Part shown: piece after piece, positions 8,673-16,789 of the stretch | How the letters are laid out: every line of letters begins with the position of its first letter | How positions within the stretch are numbered: position 1 is the stretch's first letter | From: Acinetobacter phage NJ01 | Length of the DNA: 44,487 nucleotides | Sequence record: OQ221563.1 | Strand: one strand, 5' to 3' | Program-made: the position numbers and the translations under genes | The notes under the pieces: model-generated | Told to the model about the DNA's origin: nothing | Databases searched by the model: none | What the model saw: only the letters and a program-made list of their open reading frames with translations

Positions 8673-8959
8673 TTTGCACCCCCCGGAAGTCGGAACGACG
8701 CAATAGTCTCCCTGATCCGGTCGGCGATTGGCATCCAGAAGATCGCGGTTACGAAGCCCAAACCGGCGACAGTGCGCTCACCCGACAAACCAGCCCACTC
8801 AGCGATAGCCGGTGCGCCAAATATGGCACACAGGAAGCCAACTACAACATACAAAACGAAGTTTAGAGGCCCCTTCGTAGCATCGCCATGAATGCGTGCG
8901 CCTACGAAGCCACCCGCCAGACATGCCAGGGCGAATAGCCACTCGTTTAGCTTATCCAT
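8669..8959 (-). CDS. Holin-like membrane protein (96 aa, ~3 TM)
   Basis: Three hydrophobic helices with a charged C-terminus; first gene of the lysis cassette. Confidence 0.55.
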   Translation of the reverse strand: MDKLNEWLFALACLAGGFVGARIHGDATKGPLNFVLYVVVGFLCAIFGAPAIAEWAGLSGERTVAGLGFVTAIFWMPIADRIRETIASFRLPGGAK

Positions 8960-8995
8960 AAAAAAGTCCCAGTAAGTTTTAGCTCACTGGGACTA
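8960..8995 (-). terminator. Intrinsic terminator/attenuator abutting the holin start codon
   Basis: AGTCCCAGT-(12-nt loop)-ACTGGGACT followed by TTTTTT, which runs directly into the holin ATG on the minus strand. Confidence 0.5.
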
Positions 8996-9011
8996 TATCA
9001 CGCTTGCATAA

Positions 9012-9311
9012 TTAATCGAAAACGGACCACTTGCCGACGCCTTTCCACTCCCACCCGGATGATCGGACGGCTTCGAATGTTCGCCCGCCTATCATATCCC
9101 GATACCACAGCCACCACATGCGCAACCTGGTCGGGTGCTCCGTTATTCCACGGCGCTTGTAGATCTCGAACGTCATGCGGGTAATGCTGGCGGCCTCCAC
9201 GGCGGGCCATACCAGGAATACCCATATTGCGCCCAGCACTCCCGTAACCAGGCATAACATGCTGGCCATACCAAACCAATAAATCACATCATGAATCATA
9301 ATCTGCCCCAT
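9012..9311 (-). CDS. Membrane protein (99 aa), hypothetical
   Basis: TM segment MASMLCLVTGVLGAIWVFLVW and Trp-rich C-terminus. The overlapping alternative-frame ORF 8998..9279 looks less protein-like. Confidence 0.45.
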   Translation of the reverse strand: MGQIMIHDVIYWFGMASMLCLVTGVLGAIWVFLVWPAVEAASITRMTFEIYKRRGITEHPTRLRMWWLWYRDMIGGRTFEAVRSSGWEWKGVGKWSVFD

Positions 9312-9518
9312 AGGTATTTAACCAGACTAATAACCGACGCCAACAGCACCAGGGCCGCCAGACTACCGCCACATACTACCGCGAAGACGTATAGCATCGA
9401 ATTTCCCCTTCCGGTTTGCCAATATGGCGCGCCCATGCACGCGCCACGAAGTAATTGCGAAATACCCGACCGCCTATCTCAAAGCGGTTGTGCTGCAGCA
9501 TATCACGGATCGTCGCGC

Positions 9519-10076
9519 TCATTTCAGAATCACCGAGCGCGGGTCGATGGCCTTCATGCTGCCGTCTTGTTCCACCCGGATGAATCCAACGCCATATTCC
9601 TGCGCATGGCGCTGTGCATTCGTCACGGCGTCAAAGCGATTGACGATTTGGTGTACGGCGCGACCCATCTTCGCCTGCACCTGGTGGGAGTCGTAGGTTG
9701 CGTAGGCGTGTTGGGTCTTGCGGAACTCAACGCGCTCATGCGGCTGGCGGTCCCGAAGGCTGTATTTGCGGCCCACTCGTTCGTAGTTGACAAGGCCGAA
9801 GTAAGTCATACCGGCTACGCCATCCTTGCGGTTTTGCATACGCAGGCCATGAAGTCCGACATACTCGACGACCCACAGTTGCCCGTCGCGAATATCACGC
9901 AGCACATCGCCGCGCTCGATATCATGCGTGACAATATCGAAGTTTTCTGGCAGCTTGGCCTTCTTTGCCCACCAGACCCGATCGCTTGCGGCGTGGTGCA
10001 AGCGGACGTGGGCGTCAAGGGTCTGTATTGGTCGCAGGATTTTCCCATCATGCTTGCGGCGGAATAGTAATTTCAT
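9519..10076 (-). CDS. Hypothetical protein (185 aa)
   Basis: Balanced composition. Coupled by ATGA overlaps to small ORFs on both sides; the antisense ORF 9291..10067 is low-complexity and rejected. Confidence 0.55.
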   Translation of the reverse strand: MKLLFRRKHDGKILRPIQTLDAHVRLHHAASDRVWWAKKAKLPENFDIVTHDIERGDVLRDIRDGQLWVVEYVGLHGLRMQNRKDGVAGMTYFGLVNYERVGRKYSLRDRQPHERVEFRKTQHAYATYDSHQVQAKMGRAVHQIVNRFDAVTNAQRHAQEYGVGFIRVEQDGSMKAIDPRSVILK

Positions 10077-10212
10077 TGCTCTGTCTCCTCAATCTCATCG
10101 GCGGTTTTCGTGTCGCCATCGCACACAGTAGCGATGCCGTCCATCTCATAATCTGCTATGCAGGCATCAACAGAAATAAACTTCTGCGAGAATCCCGCCA
10201 TTAGTGCTGGTG

Positions 10213-10482
10213 TCATTTGATCAGTCTCCAGTGTTTGCCTACCCGCTCAACGGCGGGCTTCCGGCGGATAGTAATACGTATGCCAATTGGTTGCAAGGAC
10301 GTTTTTATGGCAAGCCCATGCTCCCTGGCGAACTGGTGCAGATAGCGGGTCTGCGTTAGTGGCTTCACATCGTCGCGATAGCTCCAGAACACAGAATCGC
10401 CCTCAATCGCATTCTTAGCCCATATTCGTATGCAATGCAGTGGAATATGCCACGAAAGCTGTTTAGCTCGTCTGCGGTCCAT
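10213..10482 (-). CDS. Hypothetical protein (89 aa)
   Basis: ORF in a chain of coupled leftward genes. Confidence 0.45.
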   Translation of the reverse strand: MDRRRAKQLSWHIPLHCIRIWAKNAIEGDSVFWSYRDDVKPLTQTRYLHQFAREHGLAIKTSLQPIGIRITIRRKPAVERVGKHWRLIK

Positions 10483-10491
10483 TTTGGCCCC

Positions 10492-10818
10492 TTATTTCGC
10501 AAGCTGGGCAAATAGCTCGCGCTGTGCTTTAATCCGGGCGACGTTTGTCACTGCCGTCTCACCGATCCCGAAGCGATACGCCAGGCGCTCACGGGAGAAT
10601 GCAAGCGCGTAGTCCTGGATGGCGTTCGCCAGTGGCTGGATCTCTTCCATCGTGTCGAAGCGGCGCTCAAGCATAACGGCGATGGCCCGCTGCATCACCC
10701 GCACAACGGCCCACGCTGCCGATAGTCTTTCTACTGCTTCCACCCCCTCACCGGCGAACTCCGCCGCTTCTTGTGCCTTCGCCATAGCCATTGCGTAATT
10801 CCAGATTAATTTTTTCAT
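10492..10818 (-). CDS. Hypothetical protein (108 aa), first gene of the leftward operon
   Basis: GAGGAC RBS; promoter TTGCAT-17-TATATT directly upstream (10847-10875, minus strand). Confidence 0.55.
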   Translation of the reverse strand: MKKLIWNYAMAMAKAQEAAEFAGEGVEAVERLSAAWAVVRVMQRAIAVMLERRFDTMEEIQPLANAIQDYALAFSRERLAYRFGIGETAVTNVARIKAQRELFAQLAK

Positions 10819-10846
10819 CGTTCAGTCCTCATGTTGGTGTGCAACC

Positions 10847-10875
10847 AATATAGCGTGGTGCTGGCACGAATGCAA
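10847..10875 (-). promoter_or_regulatory. sigma70-like promoter (TTGCAT, 17-bp spacer, TATATT) with two ATTGGTTGCA elements
   Basis: rc of 10847-10852 is TATATT and rc of 10870-10875 is TTGCAT. TGCAACCAA occurs on the plus strand at 10840-10848 and 10871-10879. Confidence 0.5.
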
Positions 10876-11035
10876 CCAATATTAATCATGCGCATGAAAA
10901 AGTTGATCGCTATCTGCTGTAACTGCAAACTGCATTTTTCACACCTCATTCTGCAACTCGCATTGGTTGCCTAGTTCAGTGGCGACCGCTATTTCCAATA
11001 TGCTGCCGTGTGTTATGCAATCCCCGGATTTTATG

Positions 11036-11205
11036 CAGTCTCAGACGAGGGGGGTGACAGACCCCCCGTCTAGTCTGAAAGACTGGGGTTTGTCCCGCCT
11101 GTCCCGCTCCTCGCCAGGCCGCGTCATCCGGGGCGGGACAGGGGTGCTGTCCCGCTTTGTCCCGCCTCTGGTCTGTCCCGCTTTCTGTCCCGTTTGGTTT
11201 ATGCA
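11036..11205. repeat. Iteron-rich non-coding element, copy A: GC hairpin AGACGAGGGGG..CCCCCGTCT, then six direct TGTCCCGC(C/T) repeats plus one inverted copy, ending in AT-rich TTTATGCA
   Basis: TGTCCCGC at about 11091, 11100, 11148, 11158, 11174 and 11186; inverted GCGGGACA at 11133. About 85-90% identical to 38843-39009. Confidence 0.8.
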
Positions 11206-11278
11206 GTTTTATTGCATAACTATTCACTATATTCACACCACACGGCAACCAATGCGTCCGGCTAAAAACACTCAAAAT

Positions 11279-11363
11279 GGCAACCAATGCGCGCAAAATT
11301 TAGTCTTTTAGCGATATGGGAATTCCCATATTGGCAACCAATGCGCGCAAAATTTAATCTTTC
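11279..11363. repeat. Two 31-bp direct repeats flanking a perfect 18-bp palindrome, overlapping the primase-helicase stop codon
   Basis: GGCAACCAATGCGCGCAAAATTTAGTCTTTT at 11279-11309 and GGCAACCAATGCGCGCAAAATTTAATCTTTC at 11333-11363 (1 mismatch). ATATGGGAATTCCCATAT at 11314-11331. Confidence 0.8.
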
Positions 11364-13624
11364 AGGTCATCATCGGTCGCCGAAAGCGTTATTGGGATAT
11401 CCGATTTGATGACTAAATTCGACGACCCATATATGGCCCCGGTGTGCGGGTCTGTATAAAAACCAATCACGCCGCGCTCGACCATATCGTCGATTGCCTT
11501 CGTCGAAGTGCCTCCCTTCGCGAGTCCCGCCTGGCGGACAATTGCCGATTTACTGAATCCAGTGTGGTTAGGGTTATCTTCCATCAGTTTTTCCAGTGCC
11601 GCATAAAGCACTTTCTCTTTTTCATTGCGCGGTCCGGCGGCGTTTTCTTCCTTAACTGCTGCTTTGCCCGCTGCCTTCGCCTGTTCGATGGCGAACGGTG
11701 CCAGGGCGACCGGTACGAGGTACAGAGTCTCGTCGCGTGGCGTGGATGCAATCGGCTTGACGTCCCAACCGGCAACCACATCGCCGAAGTCTGGCCCGGT
11801 GCTGGTTGACTGGTGGGCTTCGAACGCTTCGGACTTGCGGAGATCCACCTTAACCTTGCACTTGAGCAGGACGAAGCCACGCGGCGCTTGCTTGATGCCG
11901 TTACGTGATTTTTCGTGGTACAGGTTAAGTTGTCCCGGCTGGTTGTCGTCCGGCTGTTCCAGGAAGAAAGCGGAATCGACAGCGCCATGAAGCGCACCGG
12001 ACCCACGGGGAGATCTGCTGCCGTTTGCACCTTTCGCCGGGTGGTGGATGACGCCCGCACTGCCGCCTGTATTTTCCGCAATGGCCTTCAGCGCTTTGAC
12101 CACTTCGCCCATATCGCTGGCGTTGTTCTCGTCGAACGGTTTTGCATCGGCGGACCGCAGCGCAACAGTCTGGTTGAGTGAGTCGAACGCCACCAGGCCA
12201 ACCGGCTCGCCGTTAGCGGTGCGGTTGATGAAGCTGATAACTTCACGCAAGCCTGATTTGCTGGTGATATCCCAGCCGCGTGATTGCAGGTCAATAATGT
12301 GCAGCTTGTCCAGGTCGTGCTCATATTTGATCTGCAATGCTTCCTTACGCTGGTTGGAGGCTTCGCCACCTTCCGCGTCGAAATAGAAGTTGTGGCACTG
12401 GACGACCTTCGCCCCACCAAACGGAATACCGGCAGATACTGAAGCCATTTGCCCCAGCACATAGAAAGACTTACCAATGTTCGACTCACCGGCGAGATAC
12501 CAGGTCGATTTGAAGTTGACCAGGCCTTCTATGATCGGGTCGTGCTTACTGAACAGTGCAACCGGTTCGTTATCCAGGTCAGCGTCGGAACATCCGCCGT
12601 ATTCTTCTCCGTCGCCAACTGCATCAACAATATGTTCATATAAGGATTCGACTTCCTCGTCGTCCAGCCCTGGGAGGATGGCGGCGATTTGCTTACGTGA
12701 CATGTTGTGCGGCTCGACGTTCAGGTGGTCCGGTATCCCGATAAGACGTAGCGCCAGGTGCTGGTGTCTATTTAGCTCCGAGCAACACTCGTTGCCGGTG
12801 TGCATACACTTGAAACGGATCTCGCCATCCTTGACCATGATGGCCGTCGACCCTTCGCCGCTGTGCAGATGTTCGTTCGGGCACGGCACTTCATAACCGC
12901 GACCGGAAGATAACTCCTCGAATCCTGCCTGGAAGCACCAGTCCAGAATGCCGTCGGCCACGGCGTCGTCGCCCTGGGTCAGTTCGCGGCGTACTTCCTC
13001 TTTATCCACCCCCAGCTTATCCGCCAGGCGAAGCAGACGACGGACGCGGGCACGTTTGCCGTAATGACACTTTATTACAGACTGCTGGTGTGGCAGGTAC
13101 ATCAGGCGGTTTGTGTCTTTCGTGCAATCGTCGAAGTCCACATCTGACAGACCAAGTTGGTGTAATAGCGCATACTGGACACGGCCCAGGTCTTCAGCCG
13201 GGACAGGCTTGTCAGTGAGTACCAGGAAGCGAGCGCAACGCGTTCCGCCTTTCAGCGGGTGGCGGTCGCCGGTGGTTGTGTGGAATACGTGCTCCAGCCC
13301 CGCGTCGATGAAAGCCTTACGGCAGCGGCGTAGGGTGCGGGTGTCGGTGCGGTCAATATCGAAGAACAGGATCGAGCGGTCCACCGCACTAGTCTTACGA
13401 CGTAAGCCGTCACTGGTATACGCCACGATGCCATCGGCCTTACGCTTGCGGCGTGCATACTCGGCTTTATCTTCCGTCTTGTTGATATGCACCGAGGAGA
13501 TTTCTTTCGCATCATTGATAAATTCGAAAAATTCATCGGTGGTCATCTGGCAGTTTTCCGCCCTGGCTTTTTCGCCTTTTTTAGCGGGTCTTGTTACGGC
13601 GAATTTAATTAAACTCATGGTCAT
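11354..13624 (-). CDS. Bifunctional DNA primase/helicase: AEP prim-pol-like N-terminus, Cys/His zinc-ribbon region, RecA/DnaB-like ATPase, C-terminal winged-helix-like region
   Basis: N-terminal FFDIDRTD-type AEP motif. Zinc-binding cluster CPNEHLHSGEGS...CMHTGNEC. Walker A GESNIGKSFY and Walker B LVAFDSL. C-terminal ...STKAIDDMVERGVIGF resembles a wH DNA-binding domain. Confidence 0.85.
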   Translation of the reverse strand: MTMSLIKFAVTRPAKKGEKARAENCQMTTDEFFEFINDAKEISSVHINKTEDKAEYARRKRKADGIVAYTSDGLRRKTSAVDRSILFFDIDRTDTRTLRRCRKAFIDAGLEHVFHTTTGDRHPLKGGTRCARFLVLTDKPVPAEDLGRVQYALLHQLGLSDVDFDDCTKDTNRLMYLPHQQSVIKCHYGKRARVRRLLRLADKLGVDKEEVRRELTQGDDAVADGILDWCFQAGFEELSSGRGYEVPCPNEHLHSGEGSTAIMVKDGEIRFKCMHTGNECCSELNRHQHLALRLIGIPDHLNVEPHNMSRKQIAAILPGLDDEEVESLYEHIVDAVGDGEEYGGCSDADLDNEPVALFSKHDPIIEGLVNFKSTWYLAGESNIGKSFYVLGQMASVSAGIPFGGAKVVQCHNFYFDAEGGEASNQRKEALQIKYEHDLDKLHIIDLQSRGWDITSKSGLREVISFINRTANGEPVGLVAFDSLNQTVALRSADAKPFDENNASDMGEVVKALKAIAENTGGSAGVIHHPAKGANGSRSPRGSGALHGAVDSAFFLEQPDDNQPGQLNLYHEKSRNGIKQAPRGFVLLKCKVKVDLRKSEAFEAHQSTSTGPDFGDVVAGWDVKPIASTPRDETLYLVPVALAPFAIEQAKAAGKAAVKEENAAGPRNEKEKVLYAALEKLMEDNPNHTGFSKSAIVRQAGLAKGGTSTKAIDDMVERGVIGFYTDPHTGAIYGSSNLVIKSDIPITLSATDDDLKD

Positions 13625-13628
13625 AGCC

Positions 13629-13958
13629 TTATTTGGAAGTTTTATTATTGCGTACCCAGGAGCGCACTGTGCTCTGATTAATCCCAGTCAACTCGGCAAT
13701 CATCGCCCATGACTTTCCCTCCTCGCGCAAACGGATAACCTGTTTTTTGTATTCTTCCATTTCTTCATTGTGCTTTTGCAGCTTGCTGGCTGCCGTACCG
13801 TTGAGTAATTCCAGCTTCGCGCGCAATTCTTTTTCGGTAAGTCGCAGACGTTCGATTTCGAATAACACCGCACCCACGGCATCGGTATAAGCCCACGACC
13901 GGCTTGTTTCACTGCTAACAGTCTTCGTTAACATTTCGATTGCGTCGTTTATATTCAT
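13629..13958 (-). CDS. Small DNA-binding protein with C-terminal HTH (109 aa)
   Basis: Coiled-coil middle; C-terminal GKSWAMIAELTGINQSTVRSWV is HTH-like. First gene of the minus-strand primase operon. Confidence 0.6.
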   Translation of the reverse strand: MNINDAIEMLTKTVSSETSRSWAYTDAVGAVLFEIERLRLTEKELRAKLELLNGTAASKLQKHNEEMEEYKKQVIRLREEGKSWAMIAELTGINQSTVRSWVRNNKTSK

Positions 13959-13989
13959 TGCTCTGCCCTCAGTTGGTTAATGACCAACG

Positions 13990-14018
13990 AAACTACACCT
14001 AAAACCGCAAGGTGTCAA
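13990..14018 (-). promoter_or_regulatory. Putative minus-strand promoter (-35 TTGACA) for the HTH/primase operon, with a TTGGT..ACCAA operator-like inverted repeat
   Basis: rc of 14013-14018 is TTGACA with a weak -10 about 17-18 bp downstream. GTTGGTCATTAACCAAC inverted repeat at ~13971-13987 between the -10 and the RBS. Confidence 0.35.
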
Positions 14019-14030
14019 ATCCTTTGGATA

Positions 14031-14123
14031 TTGAAACGGGCGCGCACGCGTGTAATAATAATTCCCGTCTCATTGTCTCTTATTGGTTAGCGCCGTCGCA
14101 TTTTGCCTCGGCGCTTTTTTTTT
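14031..14123 (+). ncRNA. Candidate small RNA (~55-60 nt): sigma70-like promoter, short non-coding transcript, strong intrinsic terminator
   Basis: -35 TTGAAA (14031-14036), 17-bp spacer, -10 AATAAT (14054-14059). Terminator stem GCGCCG/CGGCGC (14090-14114) plus T9. No ORF and no plus-strand gene upstream that the terminator could serve. Confidence 0.35.
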
Positions 14124-14134
14124 GAAATTAGTTG

Positions 14135-14164
14135 TTGACACCCATCCTGCAACCAATCTATCAT
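14135..14164 (+). promoter_or_regulatory. Strong sigma70-like early promoter (TTGACA, 18-bp spacer, TATCAT) with TGCAACCAAT in the spacer
   Basis: TTGACA at 14135-14140 and TATCAT at 14159-14164. Starts the plus-strand early block with a ~190-nt leader. Confidence 0.6.
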
Positions 14165-14360
14165 TCACTCCGTCGACAGGATGCAGGACGCAAACTGGAG
14201 AGGGGCAACGCAGGGGCCGGATCGAAGTGTCAGGATTCCCAACCGTGATTATATAACCAGGTCCACTACCCGAACGGGAGAACGCGTAACCTGGCAATAT
14301 GTTAAGGCCACCGACGAAGTTTACTGCCGACACCTAAACTTAACCAATCGGAGATACACC

Positions 14361-14870
14361 ATGTTTGAACAAATCGTAAACCTGATCACTCGCGGCGTAG
14401 TAGCACTGGAAATCATCGCTAAACATTATGAAACCGTTGGTGCTGCCGTTGGTAAACAGGAAGACAAGAAGCCGTCTAAGGCCAAAAAAGAAGTTGTCGA
14501 AGATGACGACGCTGAAGACGAAGCACCGGCGAAAACCAAAAAAGCACCGGCGAAGGGTAAGGCCAAAAAAGAAGTCGTAGAAGATGACGACGACGACGCC
14601 GAAGACGAAAAACCGGCTAAGTCTAAAAAAGCACCGGCGAAAGGCAAAGGTAAGAAAGATGCCGATCCGCTGGCAGAGATGCGCGACGAGATCAAACAGT
14701 ATGCCGCGATTATCGCCGGTGGTGACGACGACGATGCGAACGACGAATTCGACGACCTGCTGGAATCGTTCGAGATCAAATCAATCGCCAAGCTGGAAGA
14801 TGACGACGTCGAAGACTTCCACAAAGAGCTAAAAGAAATCGTCGAAACCTATTTCGAACTGGAAGACTAA
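14361..14870 (+). CDS. Highly charged tandem-repeat protein (169 aa), first early gene; function unknown
   Basis: GGAGA RBS. Two copies of KKEVVEDDD(D)AEDE(A/K)PAK(T/S)KKAPAKGK, with further Asp/Glu runs and an acidic C-terminus. Confidence 0.7.
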   Translation: MFEQIVNLITRGVVALEIIAKHYETVGAAVGKQEDKKPSKAKKEVVEDDDAEDEAPAKTKKAPAKGKAKKEVVEDDDDDAEDEKPAKSKKAPAKGKGKKDADPLAEMRDEIKQYAAIIAGGDDDDANDEFDDLLESFEIKSIAKLEDDDVEDFHKELKEIVETYFELED

Positions 14871-14876
14871 TATATT

Positions 14877-14906
14877 CCGGCCCGCAGATTAGCGGGCCTC
14901 TTTTTA
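14877..14906 (+). terminator. Intrinsic terminator
   Basis: GGCCCGC-agatta-GCGGGCC followed by TCTTTTT. Confidence 0.7.
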
Positions 14907-14918
14907 GAGGACGAGACA

Positions 14919-15170
14919 ATGGCACGCTTCACGCTAATCGAGGCGGTGGACTCCCGCGACCAGCGCCCGTACTATTGGCTATTCGAACGCATCGGCAGCT
15001 TTCAGTCACGCGTTGCCGTAATAGATAAACGCCGAAATACTCCCGCGCAAATTAAGCGCACCACCTTTACTAACCCCGACTTTTATATTTGGGCGGACTC
15101 CAATCTGGAATATGTTCGCTTCGCCGTTGCGTCCGAAGCAAAAACAATTGACCGCTGGGAGACAAAATAA
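14919..15170 (+). CDS. Hypothetical protein (83 aa)
   Basis: ORF with GGACGAGACA upstream; no motif. Confidence 0.5.
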   Translation: MARFTLIEAVDSRDQRPYYWLFERIGSFQSRVAVIDKRRNTPAQIKRTTFTNPDFYIWADSNLEYVRFAVASEAKTIDRWETK

Positions 15171-15359
15171 ATGGCTATATTCTTTGTTTTATTTCGTTGC
15201 CGTATTACCGGCGATGAGCAACCGGAAATCGTTATGAATCAGAACTGGAATTGCTGCTGGACTCAAGCCAGAGGACTGGCGGCTACCATAAACGAAGCCG
15301 CGAAGCGGGCTGGGGTTAAACATGAATATTACATTGCTCAGTTTTCAAGGGTGGAATAA
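15171..15359 (+). CDS. Hypothetical small protein (62 aa)
   Basis: ORF coupled to flanking genes (TAAATG upstream, ATAATG downstream). Confidence 0.35.
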   Translation: MAIFFVLFRCRITGDEQPEIVMNQNWNCCWTQARGLAATINEAAKRAGVKHEYYIAQFSRVE

Positions 15360-16789
15360 TGGCGATTAAACCAAAACGTAAAACGCAATCCGGTAGCAAT
15401 ACGGAACACTCATTACTTGGTCCATCCGGTGCTAAAAAATGGATGGGTTGCCCTGCCGCCCTGGTGGTGGAAAAAGATATCCCGAACGAATCCGGGCAAG
15501 CCGCGATTAACGGTACGAGTATGCACACCGTATCTGAGGTGGTGCTAAACCGCATTATCGCCGGTGAGAAGCTGATAACCGCGAAGACGTATAAAGGGTG
15601 CTACGTCGAGAACGAAGGCAAGGGGCCAGTAAAGGCACACCCTAAAGCACCGAAAGGCGGCGTACTGGTCAACGACGACATGGTGAAACAGTGCGACGCG
15701 TACATCGACCACTGGCGACCGCTCCTCGAAGTGGCGGAGTTTGTCCAGCTTGAGATGCGCGCCGATCTGACCCGCGTCCTTCACTCGGGCTTCGAGATCG
15801 ACGACAACAGGGTTAAGACGTTCGGTACTGCCGATATGGTCATGGTCATGAAAAAGACAGACGGCACGTACATGCTGATTGTTGGCGACCTGAAGACCGG
15901 GCGGCATAAGGTCGAGGCGAAAGAAAACAAACAGCTTATGTTGTACGCGCTCGGCCTGCTGCGCAAGCTGCAAACCATGTACGACATTACGACCGTGCGC
16001 CTGGTCATCTTCCAGCCGTATTGCGGCGGGGCGTCAGAGTGGGATATTTCGGTAGAAGCCCTGGAGATATTCGCGAAGTTTGCATCCAAGCGCGCTATCG
16101 CCGCACTGGAAGCGTACGCCCGAGGCAAAAAGGGACTCACCCGCGCCGACTTCCGACCGAGCGTTGATGCGTGCCAGTGGTGCAGATTTGCGGACCAGTG
16201 CAGCGCCCGCGCTAAGGCCGCAATCGACACGATGACCCAACCAACGGCAACAGACGAAGACCTGGGCGACGACGTGAGTATTGCGACAGAGGAAGAATGC
16301 GCCAATCACGACCGCAATATGGCCCGCGAAGCCCGGAAGGCGGCCCGACGTGCTAAACGAGGCAAGAAGGACGCGTCCCCCGGCGCTATGAGCGCGGCGG
16401 AACTACGCAAGGCTTATGAAGGCCTGGACGCAATGCGCCAGCACATCAAGGCTATCGAGTCCGCGGTATTCAAGGCGGTCATGGCTGGCGATGGCGAATC
16501 GCTGGGCCTCAAGATGGTTGCCGGTAAGGAAGGGATCCGTAAGTGGGCGGACGAGAGCGAAGTGATTGAAATCTTCACGAAGGCCAGGATCAAGCGCGAT
16601 GTGATGTACAAAGAAACATTGCTCAGTCCTACGGATGCCGAGAAGGTATTGAAGGACGAGAAGCCGAAAGTGTGGGCTAAATTATGTGATAAAATCACGC
16701 GCGCACCGGCTAAACCGGTATTAGCGCCAATAGACGACCCGCGCCCTGCGTGGTCGGAGGCCACTGACGAGGACTTAAGCAATGAATAA
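15359..16789 (+). CDS. PD-(D/E)XK nuclease, Cas4/RecB-like, with C-terminal Cys cluster (putative recombination exonuclease, DUF2800-like)
   Basis: GTADMVMV...IVGDLKTG gives the D..(D/E)xK core; C-terminal CQWCRFADQC cysteine cluster. Confidence 0.8.
   Translation: MAIKPKRKTQSGSNTEHSLLGPSGAKKWMGCPAALVVEKDIPNESGQAAINGTSMHTVSEVVLNRIIAGEKLITAKTYKGCYVENEGKGPVKAHPKAPKGGVLVNDDMVKQCDAYIDHWRPLLEVAEFVQLEMRADLTRVLHSGFEIDDNRVKTFGTADMVMVMKKTDGTYMLIVGDLKTGRHKVEAKENKQLMLYALGLLRKLQTMYDITTVRLVIFQPYCGGASEWDISVEALEIFAKFASKRAIAALEAYARGKKGLTRADFRPSVDACQWCRFADQCSARAKAAIDTMTQPTATDEDLGDDVSIATEEECANHDRNMAREARKAARRAKRGKKDASPGAMSAAELRKAYEGLDAMRQHIKAIESAVFKAVMAGDGESLGLKMVAGKEGIRKWADESEVIEIFTKARIKRDVMYKETLLSPTDAEKVLKDEKPKVWAKLCDKITRAPAKPVLAPIDDPRPAWSEATDEDLSNE

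Noticed and set aside
9291-10067. 258-aa plus-strand ORF antisense to the 9519..10076 gene
   Set aside because: Biased low-complexity composition, no RBS, and it runs against the coupled minus-strand operon. The minus-strand ORF has ATGA coupling on both ends.
10967-11311. ORFs of 114 aa (+) and 106 aa (-, 10976..11296) spanning the GTCCCGC repeat region
   Set aside because: The translation is low-complexity repeat-derived sequence (SRLSRSSPGR.., CPAFCPVWF..) with no RBS or start context. The DNA is better explained as protein-binding iterons; the same repeat at 38837..39088 gives a similar spurious ORF.
14070-14333. 87-aa minus-strand ORF across the early promoter and leader
   Set aside because: Overlaps the TTGACA/TATCAT promoter and the leader of the plus-strand operon; no RBS; composition not protein-like.
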